The position numbers were made by a program, and so were the translations under genes. Below are positions 1 to 12,011 of a stretch of DNA of 64,000 nucleotides, piece by piece (positions within the stretch are counted from its first letter, which is position 1; each line of letters starts with the position of its first letter). Source of the stretch: Ylistrum balloti. Its lineage: Eukaryota. The DNA lies in NCBI RefSeq assembly GCF_031769215.1, contig NW_026782586.1, forward strand, positions 62,001-126,000. Reading direction: 5' to 3'. The notes beneath the pieces are model-generated. The model was not told where the DNA came from. It saw only the letters and a list, made by a program, of their open reading frames with translations, and did no database searches.

Positions 1-318
1 ATTTACATTTAAATGTACCAGCTTTAACATGGTTCAATAATTTGGACACATAATTAAAACAATCATAGGATAAGTTAATGACACTGTTCAAGGCAAGATT
101 TGTTAAACTGGACAATCCAAATATGATGATGGCTAGCGAAGCGTTCCAGTCACTGACCCTCCTTCCAGGAAAACCTGTGGAAGACTATTATTGCCAAGTA
201 CTGGAAAAGGCACATTAATGGGGAAACCAAAACTCCTCGGTGGCTTTCCATCAGAACTCTCATTTTTGTCCGAGCCGGTGCACCAAACACATTTGACGAA
301 GCACTGAGTGCGACTAAA

Positions 319-588
319 ATGGGCGAAACTCTGATTCAAGGCCAACAGCCCCAACTGCTAGCCCATCCACAGTATTCGAACCCGTACCCACCCATTACTC
401 CTGGCCAACACCGACAAAATCAAAGGCTTAAAACTCTTTTCACGCCAGAATGGTATGCATGTCATGGGATGGGTCATTTGAGGCAATGCCAATGCCAGCT
501 CTGTTTCCAGTATGGTCACGCGGTACTTACTTGCCGGATGTTTAATGAGCGTTCCAGACACCAGAGTAATGATATTAATAGGCATTAG
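319..588 (+). pseudogene. gag: gag fragment of element A with two degenerate CCHC knuckles
   Basis: ORF contains YACHGMGHLRQC and CQLCFQYGHAVLTC, directly upstream of the protease. Confidence 0.7.
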
Positions 589-662
589 GGAAACCAACAG
601 CGCCTGAGGAGTACCAACCCAACCCCCTCCTCAGGGAATCGGTAAACCACGTTCAAGAGGGG

Positions 663-878
663 TTGCCACCTTCAGTGAATACAGACATCGGTCAGCCAGA
701 CACAACTGAAAATGGTATTAAGAGAACACAATTAATTTTTTTTCTTGTCAAAATTCACCAGATAAAAGTTCACGCTTTAATTGACACAGGAAGAACCTTC
801 AACATCATTAGTAAAGATTTATATAATTCTATTCCCCATTACCACAAATCTGGATTTCACCATTTGGAGAATGACACT
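663..878 (+). pseudogene. Aspartic protease N-terminal half of element A, cut by the BEL insertion
   Basis: IKVHALIDTG motif. The frame ...HHLENDT continues as VVLANNQ at 20235 and in the uninterrupted copy at 33442-34098 (-). Confidence 0.85.
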
Positions 879-1452
879 TGTAACAGTACGTGATAAGGCG
901 GTAGGAGTTAGCTCCCTTGATCGGAACTCTCTAACTTGATTGGGTGCATTTGTTGGTAAAACCTGCGGGAACCGAGACCATGCGGTTGGGTCTCTGCGAG
1001 GATTCCTGTTTGTTTTCTGCGTTGCGAGTAAGCCCAAGGAGGTAATTACTATTAATTGTTATTTTTCTACGATCGTATTTGTTCCGGAATGCTATTAAAT
1101 ACTGTAATTTCGATTCTAGTCAACAAATTGCTTGTCAAATTCGCTAATATGCATAACTGATTTCCATCAAATATTTACTGGCAGATTGAAGTGCTTTCTA
1201 TGTAATTAATGTTTTATAATCGTAATCTAATAGTGAGAATCTGTAAACTTTGTATGTTTAGTTTTCACGGTGAAGTTGAAGTTCAAGTGTGTAGATTCTG
1301 CGTGCGATATATCCAATAAACAAAGCTTCATCAGTAATTCACAAAGACTCGTTAGCTTACTTACGTGGGAGATGCGGCCCCTTGACCTTAACCAGTTTGC
1401 GAAAAGTACAGTGCACGTCACCTATATTGGTCTGTGTGCTACTGTCGTTACA
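879..1452 (+). repeat. 5' LTR of BEL/Pao element
   Basis: 574 bp, near-identical to 19655-20229 (about 15 differences by eye); AATAAA near 1314. Confidence 0.95.
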
Positions 1453-2215
1453 GTGAAAACTCCATTGCTTGCCAGGCAAAGTGGAACATCGGTGAGTGAA
1501 ATACCGTTGCTACGATGTGAAGTAAAGAGCTCTACAAGAACACTGATTTGAATATTGTCTCATCGACTGCTGCTAAACAGTTATTGACTTTATACAGTGT
1601 TTACTGTTTACAACTCTTCTTGAAATTTTACGAAGACAAACTGCATGCTCGCTGCTGCGAAGAAAATGATGTAAATACTGACAGTGATTTGAATTGATAG
1701 CAACACTTATTATTAATTTCAAATTAATTGTTCCTGAATAACTTTGATTGCTTATATTGTACAATATGCGGAGAACTTTACCTGATGACATTGTACAATC
1801 GATTACGAACAACTTGTGAACTTTGTGTGCTGTTATGGCTTGTTACCTATATCTGCATTATTTTGCGAAGAATTCTGCGTACTGCGATGCTGATTGGATG
1901 TCGTGATTCCATGAAGAATACCTGTTTGTGAAAATTGCTGATTCCAGAACTGTTTTCATGGAACGTAAATGAAATTGACATTGTTCCTGCGTCATCCTGT
2001 GATGAACTTTTAAAATGAACTTTAATTGATTAATATTCTAATAATTGCGAACTGCTTTCTGCCAGTATAGCAAATTAGTTAACGAAAACTGGTCACATTG
2101 TTTAGAGTTTGCGACAATCTGTCAGTAGCTAAAACAGCTGGGTATTAATTAGAATGTTTCCTATTTAATCTAATGAAGTAGGAACCAGCACATGTATTTT
2201 AAGGTTAGTGTGATT

Positions 2216-3213
2216 TGTAACACCACTGTGCCCCCGCTCGCGTTGTGTTCTCGAAGAAAAAAGCCAAGTCCAAATTCCTTTCTACTTGTTGTTTATATAT
2301 AGCACAGTGAAGTCCACAAGAAGGCTCGCTCCCTATCACGCTTCCGTAGAGTCAGTCCCACAACCGGAAGTTGTCCCTTTGGCATCCCTAGATCCAAGTG
2401 CAATGAGCAGCGAAAACTGCCCAGTATTTATAGGGGAAGCCAAAAGTCGGACAACTCCGCGGGTGGAAATTCCTCAAGAACAATGGTTGATCCTGGCGAC
2501 CCAACCATATCAAGATTCTGTCAAAATGATACCGATTTGGACACAAAATGCAGAATCTTGGCGCCATTTGTTATTGTGTATGGGATAAGTGCTGATGGAT
2601 TGAGGATGCACATTTAGTGCAACGACCGTTGATTGGTCCATTCCCCAATCACAGGAAGCTATTGTCTGGAATGACAATTGGTACTACCAGTCTTCAGACC
2701 CACCGCATATTGGTCTCTATTTACATATATAATAATCAAATACTTAACAATTACGCAGAACCTAACATCTGCTAAATCGGTCATGTTTACCTTACATACT
2801 CATAATGCTGTACTAAGCAACTATATACAATTTACTATCTAAACTATTATTTTCTCATGACCTTGAAATATTTTACGTAATAATTATACAATTATCGTTA
2901 CTCTAACTGTACTGCACTGTTTATATATACACATCACATTTGTCTATATGAATTCTGGATACCATTGTTTACATAAGTCCCTACTTGCCTATGCAGTGCT
3001 GGACATGTAAAGGTCCAATTTGGTGCAATATACTATATACATATTTAACACTCAATTCCTGTTATAAGCTAAATTAAACAACAATATATTCATGAAAATT
3101 ATTATTTTCATATTTAAAATTTCCAACCAACATTATATACAATAAAATACTGCTTCCTGTTCATATAACCATTTCCGGTTTAACAACAGAGTGATCTACT
3201 TGATAGTGTCACA
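2216..3213 (-). repeat. 3' LTR of env-bearing gypsy
   Basis: 998 bp direct repeat of 12012-12990 (one ~19-bp indel, few SNPs); TGTGAC...GTTACA on the - strand. Confidence 0.95.
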
Positions 3214-4024
3214 TCCGTCCCATACAAAAAAGAAATATAGGCGGTACTAAACTACTGACTATATTTCCCAACAATTTTTAACAATATCAAGGCGAAATTT
3301 TGGCGCTGTTCTTTAATACGGACTTTTACCTTTACTTTCTTACAGCTTTCACACGCCAATCTTTCGCATGCTACATGCAAGCATTATTTTAACTATCTAC
3401 TTGAATTAACAAATTATCTATATGTTTATAAATCCCTTACAACGGTTATAATTCATTGTCACTTAATAATATATATACTGAGAATTATTCGAAAGTCACT
3501 CAATCTTGTCCCAATAGTCATCCCACTGTGACCCTCACATCAGTTCATGGAGATATCCCATATAATAATATAGTTCCTTTAGAAACCATCACATTTTGTC
3601 TGGAAAGTTCTTGGAATGTAACAATCCAAATAATGAAAATTCATCTGGAAAGTTCCACCACATTTCCCGTCTTAAAATGTTCATAAGAATCACGAAATGT
3701 TCATAGGAATCCCATCTTCTGTTCTTCAACAGTTAGTATAACAGCTACACATGTTAAATTCACGTGACTTTATCCTTAATTATCCTTCTTGTCACGAAGG
3801 ACATGCCAAAGGGACTAGTTCCCGTCCAGTTCCTTTCTTATATCAGGATAAAGATCCTGTATCACTGTCTTCCTGGTGGATACCAGAGGGTTATTTTTTA
3901 CTGTTTTTACCTCCTCTGCTACTCCACCTGGTGATGAGGGGTTTGCACCGCCCTCAACGTTGTCGTCGTTGTCAGGTTCACCTGACATCACCTGTAAGTC
4001 TTCCCGGTTCCCATTTAAGTTGAG

Positions 4025-5982
4025 TTAAGGTGGGAAGATTGTCAATTCTTTTAAACACAATTCAGCAAGTCGTCTGTCGAAAGTCGAATCCGGTCTAGGG
4101 AAGTCTACTTCAGAAGTGCTGTGGCGATGTAAGCGTGGTACCATTGTAACATTAGATCGCCTTGGTAAATCTTGTGGTACATCAGGCTCTCGACGAGGCA
4201 AATAAGGCATTGGTAAAGAACTCAACTCCAAATCTCCCTTAACAACTGACCTTTTACTATACCTACTATTCCTATAATTTTGACATTTATCTTTTATTTT
4301 ATGCCGAAAGCAATATCCTATCACTAAGAAAGCAATGACTATACTTCCAATTATGAGGTATGTTTGGATAGAATTATCTGATTCCATAGGAACCAATTTG
4401 TGCATATTATCTAGTTCCGAAATCAAAGGATCAATAGGAATTTCTTTTATAGACTTCAACTTTGGAGGGATTTTGATTGAAGTTATATTTGGAAATTTCT
4501 GAGAAAATGGCTTCCATAGTTTAATTGATCCCATAAAGTAATTATGTATTAAGGCGTTAAAGTCATTAGACAAGTTAAAAGTACTTTCATAATGATGAAA
4601 GGATTGTAAGATCATGAACTCATTTGAAGCAGAGCAGCCCTCATTTAAGCTTATAATATCAATGGGACTTTTCGTGCTAAGGCTGTCTAAAGAGGAAGTA
4701 ACAGGACATTTTAGATGAAAGGTCAATGATTATTCTGAAACAACTACCCAGTGTCCATCAGACAAGTGTTGGGCTTGAGGAGTTGAAGTTCTAGCTTGCA
4801 CCACTGTGGTACAGTATTTATCCATATCTTTAATCCATCCCACAAAAAGATATATTATACACATTTCGTTTGACACTAAAGTATATATTGGATTACGAAA
4901 TCTGCAGTATTTCTTGACGCTACCTCCACATTCCTTAACTTCATCAAGAGATAAGATAACAAATTGTGTCTTGGCTTCATTCACCGCCAAGAGGCCAAAA
5001 GATTTGTTTGGTTTGTTTCCAAATAAGGTAATAAAAGACTGCGTGCTCTATACACAGTGAATTTATCTGATATATCAGTCAAAGGAATGGCAATGTCTAC
5101 CATTAAGTCGTCCTGTCCAATCAGGGTTGTACAAGTCACAGTCTTATAAAATGTCCAAAGGTCTACGTCAGGGTCAAAAGGAATTTGCATATTCATACTT
5201 AGCTTACTTTTAACATCAATTAGTAATTTCCTTAGGTCAGGGGGTGCAATAACAGTTGGCGAGAGATGTCCAAGAGACAACATATTAATTTGAAGCTTCA
5301 AGTGGTTTAAGTAATCTCTAGCTAAACCAACTATTTCCTTAGCTTCACTTAAGGCTCTATCTATCTTTGTATACGTATGCAAGTATTTGTCAATATCTTG
5401 AACTGAATGACTAAGATTCATCTCTAACTTCGCTAGATCAGTTAAAGTATCTATTACTTCATTAATATTCTTTCTGTTATTTGCTATTTGGCCTTGAGCA
5501 GTATGAAGGATAGTTAAACTTTCCTTAACAACATGTTGAAGGTGTACCTGATTATTTCTTAAGGTCCTAACATTAGTTTTGATTGTATCAATATCATCTT
5601 CATCTAATGTACCAAAAAGGAAGGACAGTGCCTTACCTACAATTGGAATCAACGCTCTTTTAGTTCGAGTCTGATGTAGTGTTTTTATATTTCTAAGTTC
5701 TTCTTGTTTTGTCACATCGACTTGAGGCCATCTTTTACATTTAGTCGACCGTCTACGAGATTTTGTTTGAATACATTCTTTTACTTTGCATGGTTGTTTC
5801 TTGAGTACTACTGTTTGAGGTTTCCTGATTTTAGCTACAGGTTTCTTGGTATAAGAAGGCTGACATCTTAGACCTAATAATGAACTACGTGAATAATGTG
5901 TATCTATTGGTTTATTACTTTTCAGACTTAAGTTTTCGAATCTACTTGTAAGGGATTCAGTTGGAGGTGCCTTGTAAGCCAT
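4025..5982 (-). pseudogene. env: F-type (class I fusion; baculovirus F/errantivirus-like) envelope glycoprotein, frameshifted into three ORFs
   Basis: Furin site plus fusion peptide RTKR|ALIPIVGKALSFLFGTLDEDD, heptad repeat, Cys-rich ectodomain (4730-4990), N-glycosylation sequons, TM YLIIGSIVIAFLVIGYCF and a cytoplasmic tail (4025-4726). Confidence 0.88.
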
Positions 5983-6431
5983 CGTTCTCCTAAAAACAAA
6001 AAGATAGAAACTTGTTGCTGGGAATCAGGATGTCTTCTTTTACATGAAGTTTTGCCTAAGGTTTTCTTCATCAAGCTAATTCGTCTAGCCGATCTCTGTA
6101 AATTGGCAAGTCCCTTGAAAAATCCAGGTTTAAGGTTAAAATCTAAATCTAGCTGAGCCATTAACATAACATAGGTCCTATTTGTCATTCTAAACACATG
6201 TCTTAAGTGTTTTATACTGTTCACAATGAGTTTACGGGGTTGGAGATTTGCCTGGTTAATTCTATGGTATTTTAAGATTAATTCAGTGACATCTGGTACC
6301 CTAACGTGTAATTTTTGTATCTTTAAGCATAAATTATCTAAGACCAATGCTTCTTGATCTACGTTTATCACAGAAGGATTTGTATCTGCAATCCCCCATT
6401 TGGATGCTGAGCCTTCTTCCTTTCTTGCCAT
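5928..6431 (-). CDS. Unknown 167-aa accessory ORF between pol and env
   Basis: Open frame MARKEEGSASKWG...; its ATG lies 6 nt after the acceptor-like CCTTAATCTGTCTTGCAG (AG at 6439-6438). No family recognised. Confidence 0.5.
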   Translation of the reverse strand: MARKEEGSASKWGIADTNPSVINVDQEALVLDNLCLKIQKLHVRVPDVTELILKYHRINQANLQPRKLIVNSIKHLRHVFRMTNRTYVMLMAQLDLDFNLKPGFFKGLANLQRSARRISLMKKTLGKTSCKRRHPDSQQQVSIFLFLGERWLTRHLQLNPLQVDSKT

Positions 6432-6482
6432 AACTTTCTGCAAGACAGATTAAGGACATTTTACTTGGAGGCTTTTAATACC

Positions 6483-9400
6483 TTATATCTCTAAGCATGC
6501 CTGAAGTAGTTTTATCGTCTTAGCTAATCTAACTTCTTTTGGGGCATTCTTTTCCTTATTGGACTTTCTCTGTTTTCTAGGGAAATCTACAATTTCCTTT
6601 CTACATTCTATTTTTGGGGTTCCTATTTTCTTAATGACATTAACTTCCTTTTCCTCATTAGTACTACTGTCCTCAGATTCAGTTACGTCATCCTCTGTCA
6701 GGTCCTTGTCAACTGACTGATAGTCTGGGAGTTTATACTGTCTTTTGCATTGTCTTAACTGTGTCAATGACATGTCTTCATCATCAGAGTCAATAACTTG
6801 AGCTTTTTCTGCTAATTCGCGAGTCCTAAGACGTTGCCTAAGTTATGTTAGAGGAATATCATCCTCGTCATCAGAATTTGACCTTTCTTTTCGTGTTCTT
6901 TTAATGACCCGTTGAAGTGGCGGGTCCTCCTCTGGTTCATCATCAGAGCTACTTACATCTTCTGGAGGTACTACATAGGTGGACTTCCTCAAAGGCCGAC
7001 CTATATTATCCTTAGGCAAACTCCATTCATCAACATTTGCCAGACGCAAATGTCTTGCATGTGTCTTAGTGACTTCTCCTGTGAGTTGGTTTCTTACCTT
7101 AAAACTCACGGGTCCTGTTTGTTCAACAATCCTGAAGTATAGTGTCCATTTGTTATCAAGTTTAGATGTTCTTTTATGATTTCTTACATATACAGGATCA
7201 CCTACTTTTAAGTCCTCATCCTTGCTATTTCTGTCAGCAAGTTTCTTTTGTTTTTTCTTAGCCTGTTTCAAGTATCGGTGCACTAATACAAAGGACTTGT
7301 GCTACTGTTCTAGTGCGATTCTGTGTAAGTCTTCCCCAACATATCTTCGTCTCGGCTTGAGAATTTTGTCCAAAGGAAGAACAACGTCACGGTTATATAA
7401 CAGCAAGAAAGGCGATGCCTTTGTCACTTCACTGGTGTGAAATCGCACAGCGGCAAGAGTTTGGTTCAAGAAAAGATCCCATGTATTTGTGCTTTCTTTG
7501 ATCTTTTAGCCATTATATCTACCATGGTTCGGTGAAATCTCTCCACCTTTCCGTTTGCTTGGGGGCAGTAATAAGACGTAGTAATGTGATTATGTTTAGG
7601 GCTTCTAGTGTTTCTTTAACTGATTTTGCAATATTCTCAGAACCATTGTCTGATACGATGCTTAAGACACAGCCATATCTTGGGAAAATTTCTTCTAAAA
7701 TGAGATGCACTATATTTGCTGCTGATTTATCAGGTACAGGAAAAGCCTCTGGCCATCCTGAGTACACATCTACAAAGGATATTATGTACTTATTCCCCGA
7801 AAGTGTTTCTGGATAGGGACCTGACAAGTCCATGGCTATTTTTGCGAAAGGGTAAGGAGGAATGTCAGTATCTTGTAGAGGGGGCTTGGGATTAGCACTA
7901 CTTCTCGTCTGACATGTAACACACTTCTCTATGTGCTGGTGTACTTTCTTGTACATCATTGGAAAATAGTACTTCTTACGCATAGTGTCATAAGTTTTAT
8001 CTAGAGCCATATGACCTAAAGACTCATGATGCTGCTTAATCACAAGTTCCTCAAATTCCTTAGGTATGTAGAGCCTTAAGTTTGGGTCATCTGAGTCAGC
8101 GTTTGACAGATAGTATAAGACGTTGTCTACTACCAAGTATCGCTCCTCCTCATTCTTTGTTGCCTTACCATTACTAAGTCTTGTTCGCAAATTCTTTATG
8201 TCTGTGTCATTTTCTTGGGCATCTTTAATGTTAATGTCTTCTGGTAAATCCATATGAGGCTTAATGATGTCATCTGGCGGATCTACTTCACAACTGGCGT
8301 AGTCTTTAGGACGGAAGTAATTGGAGTTCAGGGCACCTACTTCTAAGGTTCTATCATCAACATCTAAGATATCTTGTGCTTCTTCTGGAGCACCTTGAGC
8401 TTCTTGAGCTTCTTCACTGGTACCAGAAGGTTGTCTAGACAGTAAGTCTGCACAACAATTATACCTGCCCTCTATATATTCCACCTTACAGTTATATGCT
8501 GCCACACTAAGAGCCCACATAGACAGTTTCTTATTTGTAGTCTTTTTATCTGAGAAGATGTAACAAAGTGGTCGATGGTCAGTCCTTATTACAAATCTAC
8601 TATTATGTAAGTAATTGTCAAGCTTTTGTAATGCGTACACTACAGCAAAGGCCTTCTTCTCGATTACAGACCACCTTCTTTGTGTTTGACTGAGCTTATG
8701 TGACAAGTAACATATTGGCTTTTCTTCACCCTCTTTCTTCTGCGTAAGACATGCGCCTATGCAAGAATCTGAAGCATCCGTATAAAGGATATAGTCTTGG
8801 CTAGGATCTGGGTGAGCCAGTAATGGTATTACTGTTAGACTTTCCTTAAGAAAATCAAAAGCATTTTGGCACTTTTCTGACCATTTGAATCTTGCATACT
8901 TCTTTGTTAAGTCCATGAGAGGTTCAGCTATCTCGGAAAAATTGGGTATAAATCTTCTGTAGTTATTCCAATAAATCCTCGTACTTCTCTGACACAAGTT
9001 GGAGATGGTAAAGTTCGAATAGCTTCTACTTTCTTAGTGTCGGGTTTTACTCCTTCATCTGTTATAATAAACCCAAGATATTCAGTTTCGGATTGAAAGA
9101 AGCTGCATTTCTTAAGTTTTAACTTGAGCCCATGTTGTCTTAGCTTCCTAAATACTATCTGGATATGTTTAAGGTGATCCTCTGGTGTCTTACTATAGAT
9201 CAAGACATCATCAAGATAGGCAGTAGTAAACTACTCACATTCCTGTAAGACAATGTTCATCAACTCTTGGAACACAGCAGGGGCATTACTTAAACCAAAG
9301 GACATCCTGTTGAACTGGAAAAGACCTCTATGGCAAGCAAATGCTGTCTTAGGTTCACTTTCCTCGTCTAACTGAACTTGCCAATACCCACTCTTCAAGT

Positions 9401-10627
9401 CTAAGGTAGTAAAGTGCTTTGATTGGCCAAGAAGGTTTAAGATGTCATCTATCAAAGGAAGTGGTACTGACATGGGTGTCACAATCTTATTTAGACTTCT
9501 AAAATCGACACACATCCTTTTGCTGCCATCTTTCTTGTCTACAACAACAAGACCAAAGGACCAAGGACTTCTTGACCTTTCAATTACTTTAGCCTCTAAC
9601 ATCTCATCTATGGCTTCATTTATGACATCGCGTTTGTTGAGTGGGGTGCGGTATTCACGATTTCTTATAGGTTTGTTGCTTCCTGTGTCAATATGCATCT
9701 TCACTGTGTCAGTATGACCTAAATCTGAGTCTTTCTTCGCAAATAGGTCTCTATTTCTTTTAAGAAGTTTAATAGTGTCTTCTCTATATTTTTCTGGTAC
9801 ACTTACATCTATAAATCCTCCTTACTGTTGCCATTTTTGTCAGTTACAGTTGCACTACTTATGTCTTTTGTTTCTACAGCTGTTGCCTTCCCTACTACAC
9901 TACCACGTCTTAAGGTCATTGTTCTATTGGTATTGTTAACTAATAAGACTGGTATCTAAAAGGGATTTTTTACCTGAGCTATGCTTTCCTGTAATACTAC
10001 CCCGGGTTCATTATTTATACAAGGTGTCTCTTCACTTTATATTTCAGGAGAAATATTCAGTAATCTTGACTTGGGCACATCAAAGCTTCTAACAAGTTTA
10101 ATATTGCATATGGTAGCTGTTTGTGGTCTTAAGACAGTTTTCTTGGTCATGCGAATTATAGAAGCAATATGTACATCTTCCTCTTAGGGAACATATGTCT
10201 TTCCTATACGCATGCATGCCAAATCAAAGTACATTCTAACGCCATTTTTTCTTAACCAATCTAGTCCAAGAATACAGTTCCTATTCATTCCTTTAACAAC
10301 ATAAAACGTGTGACTTAAGGTCATGCTTCTCATTTGAATAGGAAGTTCAACAGAACCTATTACCTCGATTGGTGTACTACCGACTGTCTGGAGGGTCATG
10401 TTTTCTTTTCTTAATCTTGGCTTCTTTGGAAAAGTCTTAAAAATCCTATCATTTATAAGGGAAACCTCAGCTCCAGTATCTATCAAGACTCTAACTCTTT
10501 GTTTACCTAATTTTATCACAGTTGTACTTGGGTTACCTGATATATTTATTGTCTTAGATACAGGATTACTTGACCTAATTTTCCTCTCTCCGTCGGTTTC
10601 CTTATGGGGAGAGGTTTTTAGTTTAAC
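6483..10627 (-). pseudogene. pol: pol of env-bearing gypsy (PR-RT-RNase H-IN plus charged tail), frameshifted
   Basis: LIDTGAEVS (10184-10519); RMCVDFR and TTLDLKSGYWQ (9231-9704); YTDASD and RTDHRPL; HHESLGH...CVTC; AMDLSGP; VSDNGSEN (7519-8997); GDPVYVRN...GPVSFKV (6843-7283). Confidence 0.93.
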
Positions 10628-11835
10628 TGAGTATTTCTTGGGTAACTACCACTTAGGCGAGGGCAATTTCTTTTTATATGTCCTACGTTATTGCAATGCC
10701 AACACACTAACGTGGGTGTATATAACCGGTTGTTTTCGTGATTGTCTTGTCTTACGTCTTGTCTTAAAGCCTGCACATGATTAGATTTAGGAGGAACTAA
10801 TGGTGTTTTTGCTTGAGAGCTGTTTGTTTGGGTGTGGCTATTGCCTTTATGATTCCTTGGATGTTGGAACCTACTTTGTCTATCCGAATTGTACTGTCTG
10901 AACCTTGGTCTGTCTATAAATGGGGTGTGACCTTGCCATAACATTATCTCTTTTACATCTATAGCATTGTCTTTGTCTTGAATGGTCTATTTCCATAGGG
11001 ACAATTTGTCTTGGGTCGTTGTCAGAATGTCTTGGGACTGTTTTTGGTTCCAATCTTTGGGAATCTACTTTATGAAAGACATCACTTTTATCTTTTCTTA
11101 AATCAAACCGTTTTCTTAAGTTTTGTTCCCTCATTGCTATGCCTACAGCGTCTTCTGAAGTCTGGGGGTTTCTCTCATGACTTTCATTTTAAGGTAGTCA
11201 TATGCCAACCCGTCGCAAAAGGTATTAACTAATTGCTGTTGCACTATTCCCCTATCATTGTCTTGAGCATTAGTGTAAGCGTCTTCAGCTATCTGTAGAA
11301 GTCGTTCTGCAAATATTTGCACACTTTCAGTGTCTTTTTGCCTAGTTTTTCTCAACAAGGCCAGGGCCTGTTGTGAGTCTGTTATCTCAGCAAACCTTTG
11401 CTTTAATAAATTCTTTAAATCCTCCCAACTAAGGATTCCATCTCCTTCCATAGAATCAATGTACCTTTTAATAAAATCACCTACTGACCCCGTACTTGTC
11501 TGGTAAGCTATATTTGGTATGGACCTATTGTCCAACCCTACCAATTTAGCATATTTTTCTATTTCTTTGATCCAATCCTTAAACTTTGAAGGGTCACCTT
11601 CAAAAATCTTTACTATTTGAAACACACCCTGTGCTGTCATAGCCGCCGAAAGACTTTTGAACTGTTGCGCCATGCTTATGAGTACCTCCCCATCATCTTG
11701 AGGAGTCCCTCTCCCAGGGGCACTTGAGGATGGATTTTCCCGAGGGGGGAGTCTTTCATTTAACTGGGGGGTACCTAGGTTAGCCATTCTCTCAGCAATA
11801 CTACTCATTTCTTCATCTGATAACAAGCTAACCAT
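10618..11835 (-). pseudogene. gag: gag of env-bearing gypsy, frameshifted
   Basis: FEGDPSKFKDWIKEIEKYA capsid-like motif (11143-11835); CCHC knuckle CWHCNNVGHIKRNC (10618-10944). Confidence 0.88.
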
Positions 11836-11983
11836 GACGTCATAAGATATCCTACTTCATTACAATTAATAACCTAATTATAAACAATTGAAGATGCCGC
11901 CAAAGGTCAGTGATAAGGTACAAAATGGGAAAAGAGTTCCACCTACCTTATAAGAGCCAATCCAGTTAAGATGTTGTTACTGG

Positions 11984-12001
11984 ATCCTGGTCACGGCACC
12001 A
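11984..12001 (-). promoter_or_regulatory. Primer-binding site, tRNA-His type
   Basis: TGGTGCCGTGACCAGGAT on the - strand, complementary to the tRNA-His 3' end (...GTCACGGCA-CCA); 10 nt from the 5' LTR. Confidence 0.8.
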
Positions 12002-12011
12002 AATCACCACT

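Noticed and set aside
2286-2588. 100-aa ORF, and its 113-aa twin at 12024-12365
   Set aside because: Both lie antisense within the env-gypsy LTRs, lack an ATG start and show no recognisable domain.
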